From: an uncultured virus (IMG/VR IMGVR_UViG_3300013121_000030)
Lineage: Duplodnaviria > Heunggongvirae > Uroviricota > Caudoviricetes
DNA: 64,000 nt
IMG/VR virus record: IMGVR_UViG_3300013121_000030
Coordinates: 96,001-160,000 of that record
Strand: one strand, 5' to 3'
Shown: piece after piece, positions 1 through 7,345 of the stretch
How the letters are laid out: each line of letters begins with the position of its first letter
Position numbering within the stretch: the first letter of the stretch is position 1
Position numbers and translations under genes: made by a program
Notes under the pieces: model-generated
The model's input: the letters and a program-made list of their open reading frames with translations, nothing else
Databases searched by the model: none
What the model was told of the DNA's origin: nothing

Positions 1-577
1 CTCGACGACGGCGAATGGGAAGGAGAAGAAGCCCACGTGGAATATTCTCCGGGATTCCTCGGCCACGGTTTCTCCGAAGGTCTCCAAGGCCAAGGTGAAT
101 GCGGTGGATGAGTTCCAGCGCCCCATCGTGGAGGTCCTTCTGGGGATCGCTTCGGGGGATGCCGTGGACGCCCTCCAGAAGCGGATTCTGGACCTCGACG
201 TGGGGATTGATCCCGATGATGTGGATGATCTCTTCCGCTGGAGGGAGCTGGGCGAGCGGATGGACGCCAGCCTGGACATCATCGCCAGGAAGGTCCAGGC
301 TGGTCTGGAATCTCTCCAGCGCGATTACCTGGCGCCGCTGGCATTCCAGGTGGGTTCGACGGGTCTTCCTCCGGCGGAGGATCTTCAGGCCCATGATGCC
401 GAGGGTCTGAAGAAGGAGTGCCCCAGCCTCGCGGGCACGAAGATCCCTGAGGGCACGTTCTTCCTCATGGGGGAACACATCCTCGGAATCTATCCGGAAA
501 CGTGCTGGTTCTCCACGGAGAAGGGCATCGCAGAAGCTCGGGCCCTGATGGCGGGTTCCGTGGCTGAGGCTGACTGA
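1..577 (+). CDS. hypothetical protein, 5'-truncated by window edge
   Basis: Frame of ORF 95..577 is open back to position 2 (STTANGKEKKPTW...); GC3-rich codons; TGA at 575-577. Confidence 0.75.
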   Translation, partial: STTANGKEKKPTWNILRDSSATVSPKVSKAKVNAVDEFQRPIVEVLLGIASGDAVDALQKRILDLDVGIDPDDVDDLFRWRELGERMDASLDIIARKVQAGLESLQRDYLAPLAFQVGSTGLPPAEDLQAHDAEGLKKECPSLAGTKIPEGTFFLMGEHILGIYPETCWFSTEKGIAEARALMAGSVAEAD

Positions 578-585
578 AAAAGATG

Positions 586-621
586 TTGACGGCGGGGAAT
601 CTAAGAGTATGATTCCCCGCC
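586..621 (+). promoter_or_regulatory. sigma70-like promoter for tRNA-Leu overlapped by an 11-bp inverted repeat
   Basis: TTGACG 586-591, 16-nt spacer, TATGAT 608-613; GGCGGGGAATC(591-601)/GATTCCCCGCC(611-621). Confidence 0.6.
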
Positions 622-625
622 ACAA

Positions 626-710
626 GCTCAGGTGATTGGAATTGGTAGACATGCCCGACTCAAAATCGGGTGCCCTTACGGGCGTGAGGGTTCGACTCCC
701 TTCCTGAGCA
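626..710 (+). tRNA. tRNA-Leu(CAA)
   Basis: GCTCAGG acceptor pairs with CCTGAGC; anticodon arm CCCGA-CTCAAAA-TCGGG; long variable arm; GTTCGACTCC T-arm; CCA not encoded. Confidence 0.93.
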
Positions 711-807
711 AGGAAAATAAGGAGACCCGAGTATAATCCTTGGGTCAATGAAAACCGCAAAGGCCCATAATGGGCCGCCGCAAACTTCAACAACAGGACA
801 ACAACTC

Positions 808-1476
808 GTGACCACCGAATTCGCCACCGATCTCGACACCATGGTTTCCACCATCGAAAACGACACCATTGATGAGCGCGTTTCTCGCCTCGTGGAGAGA
901 ATCTCCGCAAGCGCGGACGCACTCAAAGTCAACCAGTTCTTCGCCACAATCTCTGCTACAGGGACGATTGGTGAGACTTCGCGCGTCTACCTCACCAAGG
1001 TAGGCGAGATGTCCCTCTTGGACTTCTGCACGGCGATTGTTCGTGCGGCGGGCCAGGAGGATGAGGCTGAGCCGGAGGTTCCGGTTCAGGTTGAGGCCTC
1101 AAAGGCGGCCAAGAGCAAGAAGGAGCCGAAGGCCCCCAAGGCTCCCAAGGCTGAAAAGGAGCCGAAGGCTCCCAAGGCTGGGAAGGCCCCCAAGGCTGAG
1201 GTCAAGGAAGAGGAGGAGGAGGAGGAGGCCCCCGCCAAGGCTCCGAAGACTCCGCCCAAGGCCAAGAAGACCTCTGCCGAGGAGGATCTCACGGAGGCAC
1301 GTGAGAGCATTGTCGGTCTTTTGGAGAAGGATTCCAATGGTCTTCCGGCTTCAAAGATCGTGGAGTCGTTGGGGCTCCATCGGAATGTCGTCCAGGCCAT
1401 CTTGGACGCTCTCATCGCGGATGGGAAGGCTGTCCGTGAGGGGCAAGCTCGCGGCACCAAGTACAAGCTCATTTGA
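808..1476 (+). CDS. histone H1-like (KAPK repeat) DNA-binding protein with C-terminal winged HTH
   Basis: KEPKAPKAPKA repeats, poly-E tract, C-terminal ...ASKIVESLGLHRNVVQAILDALIADGKAVREGQARGTKY; probable GTG start at 808 after AGGA (ORF track 748). Confidence 0.7.
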   Translation: MTTEFATDLDTMVSTIENDTIDERVSRLVERISASADALKVNQFFATISATGTIGETSRVYLTKVGEMSLLDFCTAIVRAAGQEDEAEPEVPVQVEASKAAKSKKEPKAPKAPKAEKEPKAPKAGKAPKAEVKEEEEEEEAPAKAPKTPPKAKKTSAEEDLTEARESIVGLLEKDSNGLPASKIVESLGLHRNVVQAILDALIADGKAVREGQARGTKYKLI

Positions 1477-1478
1477 GC

Positions 1479-1521
1479 TTATGACTCCAGGGTCCCTCTT
1501 TCTGGGACCCTGGAGTCATAA
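1479..1521. terminator. perfect 18-bp hairpin
   Basis: TTATGACTCCAGGGTCCC-TCTTTCT-GGGACCCTGGAGTCATAA directly after the stop codon. Confidence 0.75.
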
Positions 1522-1576
1522 CATCGTTCCCTAACTCATATATTGCCGCCTCCCAATTCAATGGGAGGACACGGCA

Positions 1577-1915
1577 ATGAGTTTGTTGGAGGGAAAAAGG
1601 CTTCTTCAGCATGCGGGGGGACACTTGGGTTCCTCTGTTGTTTTTGCAGCCATAATGTTTGGGGTGGTGTACTTCGCTTACGAGTTTCAAGCGAAGTACA
1701 ACGAGAGGATGCGCGCATCCTTGGCCAGGGTGTCAAGTGATGTTGTGGTTCTCCAAAGCCGTGCAGACCTTGCTGAGCGGAACTTGGCCTCTCTTTCAAT
1801 GGAGATTGCCTCACTCCAATCGCGGGTGGAGTTTTTGACAAAAAAACCTTTGGTTCCCCCAACACCTCCATCAAAGACCTCTAGGACCGGAAAGACAAAG
1901 AAACTACCCCCGTGA
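1577..1915 (+). CDS. single-TM coiled-coil protein (i-spanin-like architecture)
   Basis: GGAGG SD; TM VVFAAIMFGVVYFAY followed by a coiled coil and a Pro/Lys tail. Confidence 0.6.
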   Translation: MSLLEGKRLLQHAGGHLGSSVVFAAIMFGVVYFAYEFQAKYNERMRASLARVSSDVVVLQSRADLAERNLASLSMEIASLQSRVEFLTKKPLVPPTPPSKTSRTGKTKKLPP

Positions 1916-2418
1916 CAAAAAGCTACACTCGCTTCCTCCAGTTCCAGGTGCGAATCCGAATTGCAATCAGCCACTGGCTGAAAGATCCTGGTTCTTCTCT
2001 CCTCGTTGGTGGATGGATCGGCGGACAATCCCGATGCCCGTTGTCACTCCACGAAAAATGGCCCCATCTCGCGTCACGGGCCACAAAAGACTCGGAGGAT
2101 TTTATGGAAGACACTGCTCGACTCTGGGGGATCCTTCTGGAGGAAGCAGAAGCATTCCTGGACGGAATCGAAAATGGTCCTCAAGCTCCTCCAGAGTTAG
2201 GGTCTTTCTATGAATTCGGATTGGAGCTGAGGAGCACTCTAAAGTGGACAGAAGACCCGCATCTCCATGAGTTTGACGAAATTCGGGTATGTGAGGACGA
2301 TGCCCGCCATCGACAAAACACTCTTCATCAGGAACGTCAACGGGGTTCTGATGTGCGAGGCTGGAATCCTCGCACACCGTCACTTCGGATACAGGCAGCT
2401 CAGCCAACTCTCCCGTAA
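1912..2418 (+). CDS. hypothetical protein
   Basis: GTGA overlap with the upstream stop; C-terminus overlaps the next gene. Confidence 0.5.
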   Translation: MTKSYTRFLQFQVRIRIAISHWLKDPGSSLLVGGWIGGQSRCPLSLHEKWPHLASRATKDSEDFMEDTARLWGILLEEAEAFLDGIENGPQAPPELGSFYEFGLELRSTLKWTEDPHLHEFDEIRVCEDDARHRQNTLHQERQRGSDVRGWNPRTPSLRIQAAQPTLP

Positions 2419-2902
2419 TATTCGGACTCGGTGGTCCAACTTCCTCATTGAAGGGTTGGACTTCCGTGTGTCCTCAAGTCCAGAGGACCACCTTCTTTAC
2501 AGGAACCTGTGTTCTCAGCTGCACATTCGACCCTCGATTGCGCTGGGGAAGAAAATCTTGTGGGTGACCTATGACGGCATGGAGAAGATCGTAGACTCCA
2601 GGACTACCCCTGTGACTCCTCCTCTTCCCTTGTCCTCACCGCACACCACACACACATCACCTCACGCTCCACAGAAGTTCCCTGTTGTAGCCTTGAGCCA
2701 TTTTGAGGCACTCACGCTGATTCAAAACTCGGCAGCCAAGCGTGGAGATTGGGACATGGTGAGGTGGACTGAGAAGGTGGCCCTGCAAGCGCTTGGAATC
2801 GAAGTGGCCTCGGAAACTGCCGTGCTGTGTCAGGCACCCGAGGATCCTCCACGTGTGGATTCCTTTGGGGATCTCATTGACAACATCCGGGGGGTCCTGT
2901 GA
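2300..2902 (+). CDS. antirepressor-like DNA-binding protein (ORF6N/BRO-like N-terminus)
   Basis: ...FLIEGLDF...ILWVTYDGMEKIV pattern resembles phage antirepressor N-domains; GGGTAT motif and GAGG upstream of ATG 2300. Confidence 0.45.
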   Translation: MPAIDKTLFIRNVNGVLMCEAGILAHRHFGYRQLSQLSRNIRTRWSNFLIEGLDFRVSSSPEDHLLYRNLCSQLHIRPSIALGKKILWVTYDGMEKIVDSRTTPVTPPLPLSSPHTTHTSPHAPQKFPVVALSHFEALTLIQNSAAKRGDWDMVRWTEKVALQALGIEVASETAVLCQAPEDPPRVDSFGDLIDNIRGVL

Positions 2903-3618
2903 TCTTTGGGTCCCCAACAATTGGGGCGGCGCTTCTGTCTCCTGGCGTGAACCTTTATCTCCCCACTGGGGTGATTTTGTGGCTCTCCGTGGAAGAGGAC
3001 GAATTGGATTGGGAGGTGGTCGACGCCGGAGACGAAGCCATCGGAGAACCTCCACCATGGCTGGACATGGGGGAGATCATGGATCACATGCGCTACTCCA
3101 TGGTTGGAGGCCCAGTCATGGATTGGGCCCTCCACAAAGGTTTGTCTCCGCAACAGAGATTTGCGGTTTACTGCAGCAAACCCCACATCTCCCGATGTTC
3201 ATGGGAGTATGAGGAATACGATGTTGAATACGACATCTTTGAGGTAAAAAGAGAGCCCCCATCCCTCTCCGCACGAGAATTCGAGTGCGCTATCTCAGAA
3301 CTTTTTGAGAGGAAACGCCTCCACAAAAAGAGGATTAGGGAGTTGAAAAAGGCTCAGTGGGACAACGACCAAAGGATGAGGTTGAGGTGGTCTTTCGGGG
3401 GCGGTTATTTCGAGTCCTCAGTGGAACCTTGGTGTTCTGTGGAACTCATCTCGACATTGGCGGACCCGGATCTGCCTGAATATCACGCTCCAAACATCCT
3501 TGCATGGGGCCGATCGGACTCCAACAGTCGGGAAGATGCCTTCTTGGCACTGAAGACCATGGCGGATAGCTTCCGGCCAGACCTGGATCTAACCAAAATC
3601 CCCCAGCGATACTATTGA
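2899..3618 (+). CDS. hypothetical protein
   Basis: 239-aa ORF, GTGA-coupled to upstream gene. Confidence 0.65.
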   Translation: MIFGSPTIGAALLSPGVNLYLPTGVILWLSVEEDELDWEVVDAGDEAIGEPPPWLDMGEIMDHMRYSMVGGPVMDWALHKGLSPQQRFAVYCSKPHISRCSWEYEEYDVEYDIFEVKREPPSLSAREFECAISELFERKRLHKKRIRELKKAQWDNDQRMRLRWSFGGGYFESSVEPWCSVELISTLADPDLPEYHAPNILAWGRSDSNSREDAFLALKTMADSFRPDLDLTKIPQRYY

Positions 3619-3637
3619 GGTCGGTAATTGTTACTGC

Positions 3638-3880
3638 GTGGAGAACGACGACTTTCTCGAATATAACGGAACTGTGGTGTCCATGGCTCATGGGGATTTT
3701 CTGGTGGAAGTTCCAGAACTAGGAACTACGATTCGGGCCAAGCTCGCTGGGAGCCTCCGAAAGAACAAGATCCGTGTAATCGTCGCGGATGAAGTCAAGG
3801 TAGCGGTATCCCCCTACGATTTTGGGCGGGGGAGGATCGTGTATCGGTTGTCAAAGGGGGGACTCCCTCCCCGTCGATGA
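3638..3880 (+). CDS. infA: translation initiation factor IF-1
   Basis: GTVV...FLVE...IRAKLAGSLRKNKIRVIVADEVKVAVSPYDFGRGRIVYR matches the IF-1 consensus. Confidence 0.93.
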   Translation: MENDDFLEYNGTVVSMAHGDFLVEVPELGTTIRAKLAGSLRKNKIRVIVADEVKVAVSPYDFGRGRIVYRLSKGGLPPRR

Positions 3881-3907
3881 CAGACCTGGGAGAGAAGGGG
3901 AAGGGGA

Positions 3908-4099
3908 ATGGTGGAGACAACACAACATCCAGTGGACGCGAAGCCTTTGAAGCAGCCTCTCACACAGTGGGAGAAGGTACACAAGTTGGCTGAGGACACG
4001 AAAAGGTCTTTGCGCGAGTGCTGGAAAGCATTCAAGTCTGTGAATGGAGACTCTCTGAAGGCCAAGGATCTCCTGCGAAGGGAAGAAAATGCCCACTGA
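3908..4099 (+). CDS. EF-Ts N-terminal (UBA-like) domain protein
   Basis: VHKLAEDTKRSLRECWKAFKSVNGDSLKAKDLLR parallels EF-Ts N-terminal VKxLRxxTGxxxxxCKKALxxxxGDxxxAxxxLR. Confidence 0.65.
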   Translation: MVETTQHPVDAKPLKQPLTQWEKVHKLAEDTKRSLRECWKAFKSVNGDSLKAKDLLRREENAH

Positions 4100-4319
4100 G
4101 ATTGACCACGAGTACACCGAAGAAATCGTCTGTCGCTACTGTGGGGAGGTCCACGAGGATTCCTGGGACTTTGCGGACAGCGACTCGGATTTCGAGTGCT
4201 GGAGTTGCCTGAAGAGGTTTTCATTCACGCGCCACACGATCGTGGCCTACTCTTCGTGGAAGAATGAGCCTCAGAAGGGGCACCGTGCGGGGGAAGCAGA
4301 TTCTCCGTCTGAGGAGTAG
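4089..4319 (+). CDS. small zinc-ribbon phage protein
   Basis: CRYC...CWSC pairs. Confidence 0.65.
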   Translation: MPTEIDHEYTEEIVCRYCGEVHEDSWDFADSDSDFECWSCLKRFSFTRHTIVAYSSWKNEPQKGHRAGEADSPSEE

Positions 4320-4792
4320 GTCGTGATGACCGTGATGATGTGTTCCTGAGTCCTCTGGAACACCACCACGACCCCCAGGCGCGGATCTTCCCAAACCGTC
4401 TTGGCTCCCGCCTGGAAAGCTTCCCATCGTGGGGATCGGCCCCGTGATCGCTCCTTGTTGAGGGTGCGAAAGAAGAGGTCCAGGGAAGCTCGGATCTGAG
4501 GGACCGTTATTCCCCTCAGGTCCATGCGATACTGGGCGTGGGGGGTCAGGAACAGATTGAACTTCCAGGGGCCGCGCTCACGCTCATGGTCGTAGACTTT
4601 GTTGGCGGCAGCATTGGGCAGGTCTTCTCCGTTCTCCACAAGAGAGACGAGAGTGTCTTCAAGACGGCCGTCAGGAAGTTCATCGCGGATCCTTCGGACA
4701 ACATGACAGGTCCCCCCAGGATATCTTGCACCCAACCCAGGAGGATTCCGCACGAATGCGCTTCTGCGCAAGAATGCACTCTTGCGCAGCAA
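4271..4792 (-). CDS. DUF4258-like putative RNase/toxin-fold protein
   Basis: TPHAQYRMDLRGI...VVVVF...TVITTY motif; start codon uncertain. Confidence 0.5.
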   Translation of the reverse strand: MLRKSAFLRRSAFVRNPPGLGARYPGGTCHVVRRIRDELPDGRLEDTLVSLVENGEDLPNAAANKVYDHERERGPWKFNLFLTPHAQYRMDLRGITVPQIRASLDLFFRTLNKERSRGRSPRWEAFQAGAKTVWEDPRLGVVVVFQRTQEHIITVITTYSSDGESASPARCPF

Positions 4793-4816
4793 GGATAGCC
4801 TGTTGGAGCCTTCTAC

Positions 4817-5134
4817 TCACACCCATCCCTCCCACCGAGCCTGGAAGGTCTGGAGGTCCTCCTCCAGCTTCGTCAGGAAGGAATTTGCCTCCTCCCCATG
4901 GAGGTGGGAGTAGGTATGGAGGTCCTCATCCACGGCCATGCGAATGATCTTGGCTGCGTGGAGGGGGAGCTCGCGTAGACGATGGAACATCTCCACCGCG
5001 CCGTGGACAGCGCGGCCAGAACCGGGAATCCGCGAGTCCTCCGCGACACCCCGAGCGTTCAGAAACGCTCCCCCACGGGGATAGAGGTCCATGATGGACA
5101 GAGCGGACTGGAAGATGGTTGGGGAGTACGACAT
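4817..5134 (-). CDS. hypothetical protein (predicted leaderless)
   Basis: ATG 6 nt after the GTGCTACACT promoter element. Confidence 0.65.
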   Translation of the reverse strand: MSYSPTIFQSALSIMDLYPRGGAFLNARGVAEDSRIPGSGRAVHGAVEMFHRLRELPLHAAKIIRMAVDEDLHTYSHLHGEEANSFLTKLEEDLQTFQARWEGWV

Positions 5135-5140
5135 GAGAAG

Positions 5141-5169
5141 AGTGTAGCACCCCTCTCGCCGTTTTACAT
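5141..5169 (-). promoter_or_regulatory. class A phage promoter ATGTAA-N13-GTGCTACACT
   Basis: One of 8 copies with an identical 13-nt spacer. Confidence 0.75.
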
Positions 5170-5268
5170 GGGGTTGGTGAGGTGTGCGGCCTTGAACCTC
5201 TTACACCAATGCCTCCCCACGGCAAATGGGGATCGTGGGAGTTGAACACCCTTCCTCCTCACCAACAG

Positions 5269-5341
5269 TGCTCCAGGCAGGGATCGAACCTGCGACGCCC
5301 TCCTCTTCAGGGAGGCGCTCTGCCAACTGAGCTACCGGAGC
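5269..5341 (-). tRNA. tRNA-Phe(GAA)
   Basis: GCTCCGGTAGCTCAGTTGGCAGAGCG-CCTCC-CTGAAGA-GGAGG...GGTTCGATCCC...TGGAGCA. Confidence 0.93.
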
Positions 5342-5391
5342 TTGAGAGGTTCAGCCGGTAGCCTCTGGAGCTACCGGCTACCGAAAGCCGG

Positions 5392-5464
5392 GGTGGATGA
5401 CGGGTCTCGAACCCGCACCTCGGGAGTCACAATCCCGCACGCTGCCAGTTGCGCCACATCCACC
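5392..5464 (-). tRNA. tRNA-His(GTG)
   Basis: Encoded G-1 pairing with C73; anticodon arm CGGGA-TTGTGAC-TCCCG; GGTTCGAGACC T-arm. Confidence 0.9.
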
Positions 5465-5580
5465 GTAAGGATGGAAGGCTCCCGCCGAGGGGAGCGCAAT
5501 ATGGAGCTGGAGCAGAGACATGACGGGAACCTTCTTTCACACGTTGGTATTGGCTGTCAAGGGGGGTGGATGGAATTTTG

Positions 5581-5654
5581 TGATCGTGGCAGGAATCGAA
5601 CCTGCGGCCTCAAGATTCGGAATCTTGCGCTCTATCCAACTGAGCTACACGATC
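5581..5654 (-). tRNA. tRNA-Arg(CCG)
   Basis: GATCGTGTAGCTCAGTTGGATAGAGCG-CAAGA-TTCCGAA-TCTTG...GGTTCGATTCC...CACGATCA. Confidence 0.93.
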
Positions 5655-6411
5655 GAATGGACTGGATCTGTGTCGAACAAGTCTCCAGATACCCAGGAAC
5701 AATGTCCACGAACTTGGACTTGGGGAGCCCCATGAGAATGGGGACGAATGAGTGGGTAGCGATGATGACCTGTTTGGAGTCAGGGATTTGACTGAGGACC
5801 CTCCAAAAATCAATCTGGTTGGGGATGTCTCGGCAGTTCTCAGGCTCGTCGAGCAGGACCGTGAATCCGCGGGTCTTCTCCGCTGAGAGAACATGGCATT
5901 CTCTCCAGTTAGCATGCTCCTTTTGGAGGTATTCCGGGACCTTGCCCCCAGGGAACCTCACATTTATCTTTTCCCATTTCGCAAGAGCCGTAAACATGCG
6001 GGAGACTTTGGAATTGGTTTGTTCCCCCGCCGAAGACTTCCTCTGGAAAATGGAGCGAATTCCCTCATCAAGGAAGTCGTCCTCAAAAGCTACCCCTTTT
6101 CCAAAGAGGCCTACTTCCTCCAGTGAGTCCACATAGCCTGTTTTCGCGCCATCATGGTGGACACGGAGTCCTCGTGGAGTCTCAAAGTACCTGAGGCTCT
6201 CTCTGGTGAGAGAAGGGACCATTCCCTGCTCACACATGAGCACACGGGCCAGATTTTTGAGGATCGAGCTTTTTCCGGACCCATTGGGTCCCCAAAGGAT
6301 GTTGAGTCCTGGCTGGAAGACAAACTCTTGTCTCCCTTGAAGACACGCGATCTTCTCCCAAAAATCCACACACGTCGTATGTGGATCGGTGATTTCGAGT
6401 TTGGAAATCAT
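5632..6411 (-). CDS. ABC/AAA-type ATPase
   Basis: Walker A GPNGSGKS, signature SAGE, Walker B VLLDEPE, H-loop IATHS; TAG stop lies inside tRNA-Arg(CCG). Confidence 0.85.
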   Translation of the reverse strand: MISKLEITDPHTTCVDFWEKIACLQGRQEFVFQPGLNILWGPNGSGKSSILKNLARVLMCEQGMVPSLTRESLRYFETPRGLRVHHDGAKTGYVDSLEEVGLFGKGVAFEDDFLDEGIRSIFQRKSSAGEQTNSKVSRMFTALAKWEKINVRFPGGKVPEYLQKEHANWRECHVLSAEKTRGFTVLLDEPENCRDIPNQIDFWRVLSQIPDSKQVIIATHSFVPILMGLPKSKFVDIVPGYLETCSTQIQSIRSCSSVG

Positions 6412-6415
6412 GGAG

Positions 6416-6489
6416 TGCCCCTAGCAGGACTCGAACCTGCGACCTACGGTTTAGGAAACCGTCGCTCTATCCACCTGAGCTATAGGAGC
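6416..6489 (-). tRNA. tRNA-Arg(CCT)
   Basis: GCTCCTATAGCTCAGGTGGATAGAGCG-ACGGT-TTCCTAA-ACCGT...GGTTCGAGTCC...TAGGGGCA. Confidence 0.93.
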
Positions 6490-6591
6490 AGATGCTCTGG
6501 CAACCCTGTTCTGTATTCCCCACTACAGTCTTCCCTTGGGACTTGACTGAGGAACAGGGCCCTTACCTCGGGTTGGACCCCCCGGCCAGAG

Positions 6592-6837
6592 CTAAATTCG
6601 GGATGGGATGTTGTTGACCGCGTGGGTGATTTCCCCAAAGGGGAAGAAGAGCTTCACCAGAAAGCCTGGCTTGTTGTTCAAACGCCAATCAACGAATTTG
6701 ATGCCCTCAAACTCACCTTCGAGGTCGATGTTTCGACCAGTGAAGACAATCCCCACGACTGTCCCCACTTCTTTCTCTCCCAAAACAGGGACATGTGGAC
6801 GACCGATGTGTCGGCGAGCACGAGTGAGCTTGGACAT
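6592..6837 (-). CDS. hypothetical protein
   Basis: 81-aa ORF with AGGA SD downstream of a class A promoter. Confidence 0.6.
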   Translation of the reverse strand: MSKLTRARRHIGRPHVPVLGEKEVGTVVGIVFTGRNIDLEGEFEGIKFVDWRLNNKPGFLVKLFFPFGEITHAVNNIPSRI

Positions 6838-6852
6838 GGGGTTGGTTCCTGG

Positions 6853-6881
6853 AGGATAGCACGTGGAGTCGGAACTTACAC
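6853..6881 (-). promoter_or_regulatory. class A promoter GTGTAA-N13-GTGCTATCCT
   Basis: Near-identical to the copy at 7270-7298. Confidence 0.75.
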
Positions 6882-6924
6882 AAGTTTCTTCGTGGTCTCA
6901 GGGCGCTTGAAGCGCGGTAATGTC

Positions 6925-7014
6925 TGGCGGAGGAGGTGGGATTTGAACCCACGGGGGACTTTCATCCCCGTCCGATTTCAAGTCGGGTGCCTTAAACCGC
7001 TCGGCCACTCCTCC
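6925..7014 (-). tRNA. tRNA-Ser(TGA)
   Basis: GGAGGAGTGGCCGAGCGGTTTAAGGCA, anticodon loop CTTGAAA, long variable arm, encoded CCA. Confidence 0.93.
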
Positions 7015-7019
7015 AGTCT

Positions 7020-7093
7020 TGGACAAGGTGGGACTTGAACCCACGACCCGCCGGTTATGAGCCGGCTGCTCTAACCGACTGAGCTACTCGTCC
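7020..7093 (-). tRNA. tRNA with CAT anticodon, most like tRNA-Ile2 (lysidine); elongator Met not excluded
   Basis: GGACGAGTAGCTCAGTCGGTTAGAGCA-GCCGG-CTCATAA-CCGGC; no initiator features. Confidence 0.85.
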
Positions 7094-7263
7094 GCGCGCA
7101 CTCTACCCCGACAAGCACCCCGCTTGTCGGCCAGCTTCCGATCCTTGTGTCGGCCCCCCCGCTGGAGGAGACGACCATTCTTGGTCTGCCCCTTCATGTG
7201 GGCGTCAGCCCACACCGCGTGAGCGAGGGCGCGCAAGGGATTCGTTTGGTTCTTCTGGGGCAT
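7084..7263 (-). CDS. 59-aa basic protein (not in ORF track); stop codon inside the tRNA(CAT)
   Basis: MPQKNQTNPLRALAHAVWADAHMKGQTKNGRLLQRGGRHKDRKLADKRGACRGRVRADE*; ATG 6 nt after a class A promoter. Confidence 0.65.
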   Translation of the reverse strand: MPQKNQTNPLRALAHAVWADAHMKGQTKNGRLLQRGGRHKDRKLADKRGACRGRVRADE

Positions 7264-7269
7264 GGAAGG

Positions 7270-7339
7270 AGTGTAGCACGTCGAGTCCGAACTTACACTA
7301 ACTTTTTAGTGTGTAACTCTGGGGTTTGGGTGCTACCGT
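7270..7339. promoter_or_regulatory. back-to-back divergent class A promoters
   Basis: Minus: GTGTAA(7298-7293)-N13-GTGCTACACT(7279-7270); plus: GTGTAA(7311-7316)-N13-GTGCTACCGT(7330-7339). Confidence 0.75.
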
Positions 7340-7345
7340 ATCCCC

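Noticed and set aside
5226-5251. tRNA-like 3' fragment (rc GGGTGTTCAACTCCCACGATCCCCA)
   Set aside because: No matching 5' half or anticodon arm; at most a remnant.
5342-5791. + strand ORFs across the tRNA cluster, and ORF 7147..7977 in full
   Set aside because: They are antisense to tRNAs and to better-supported genes or promoters.
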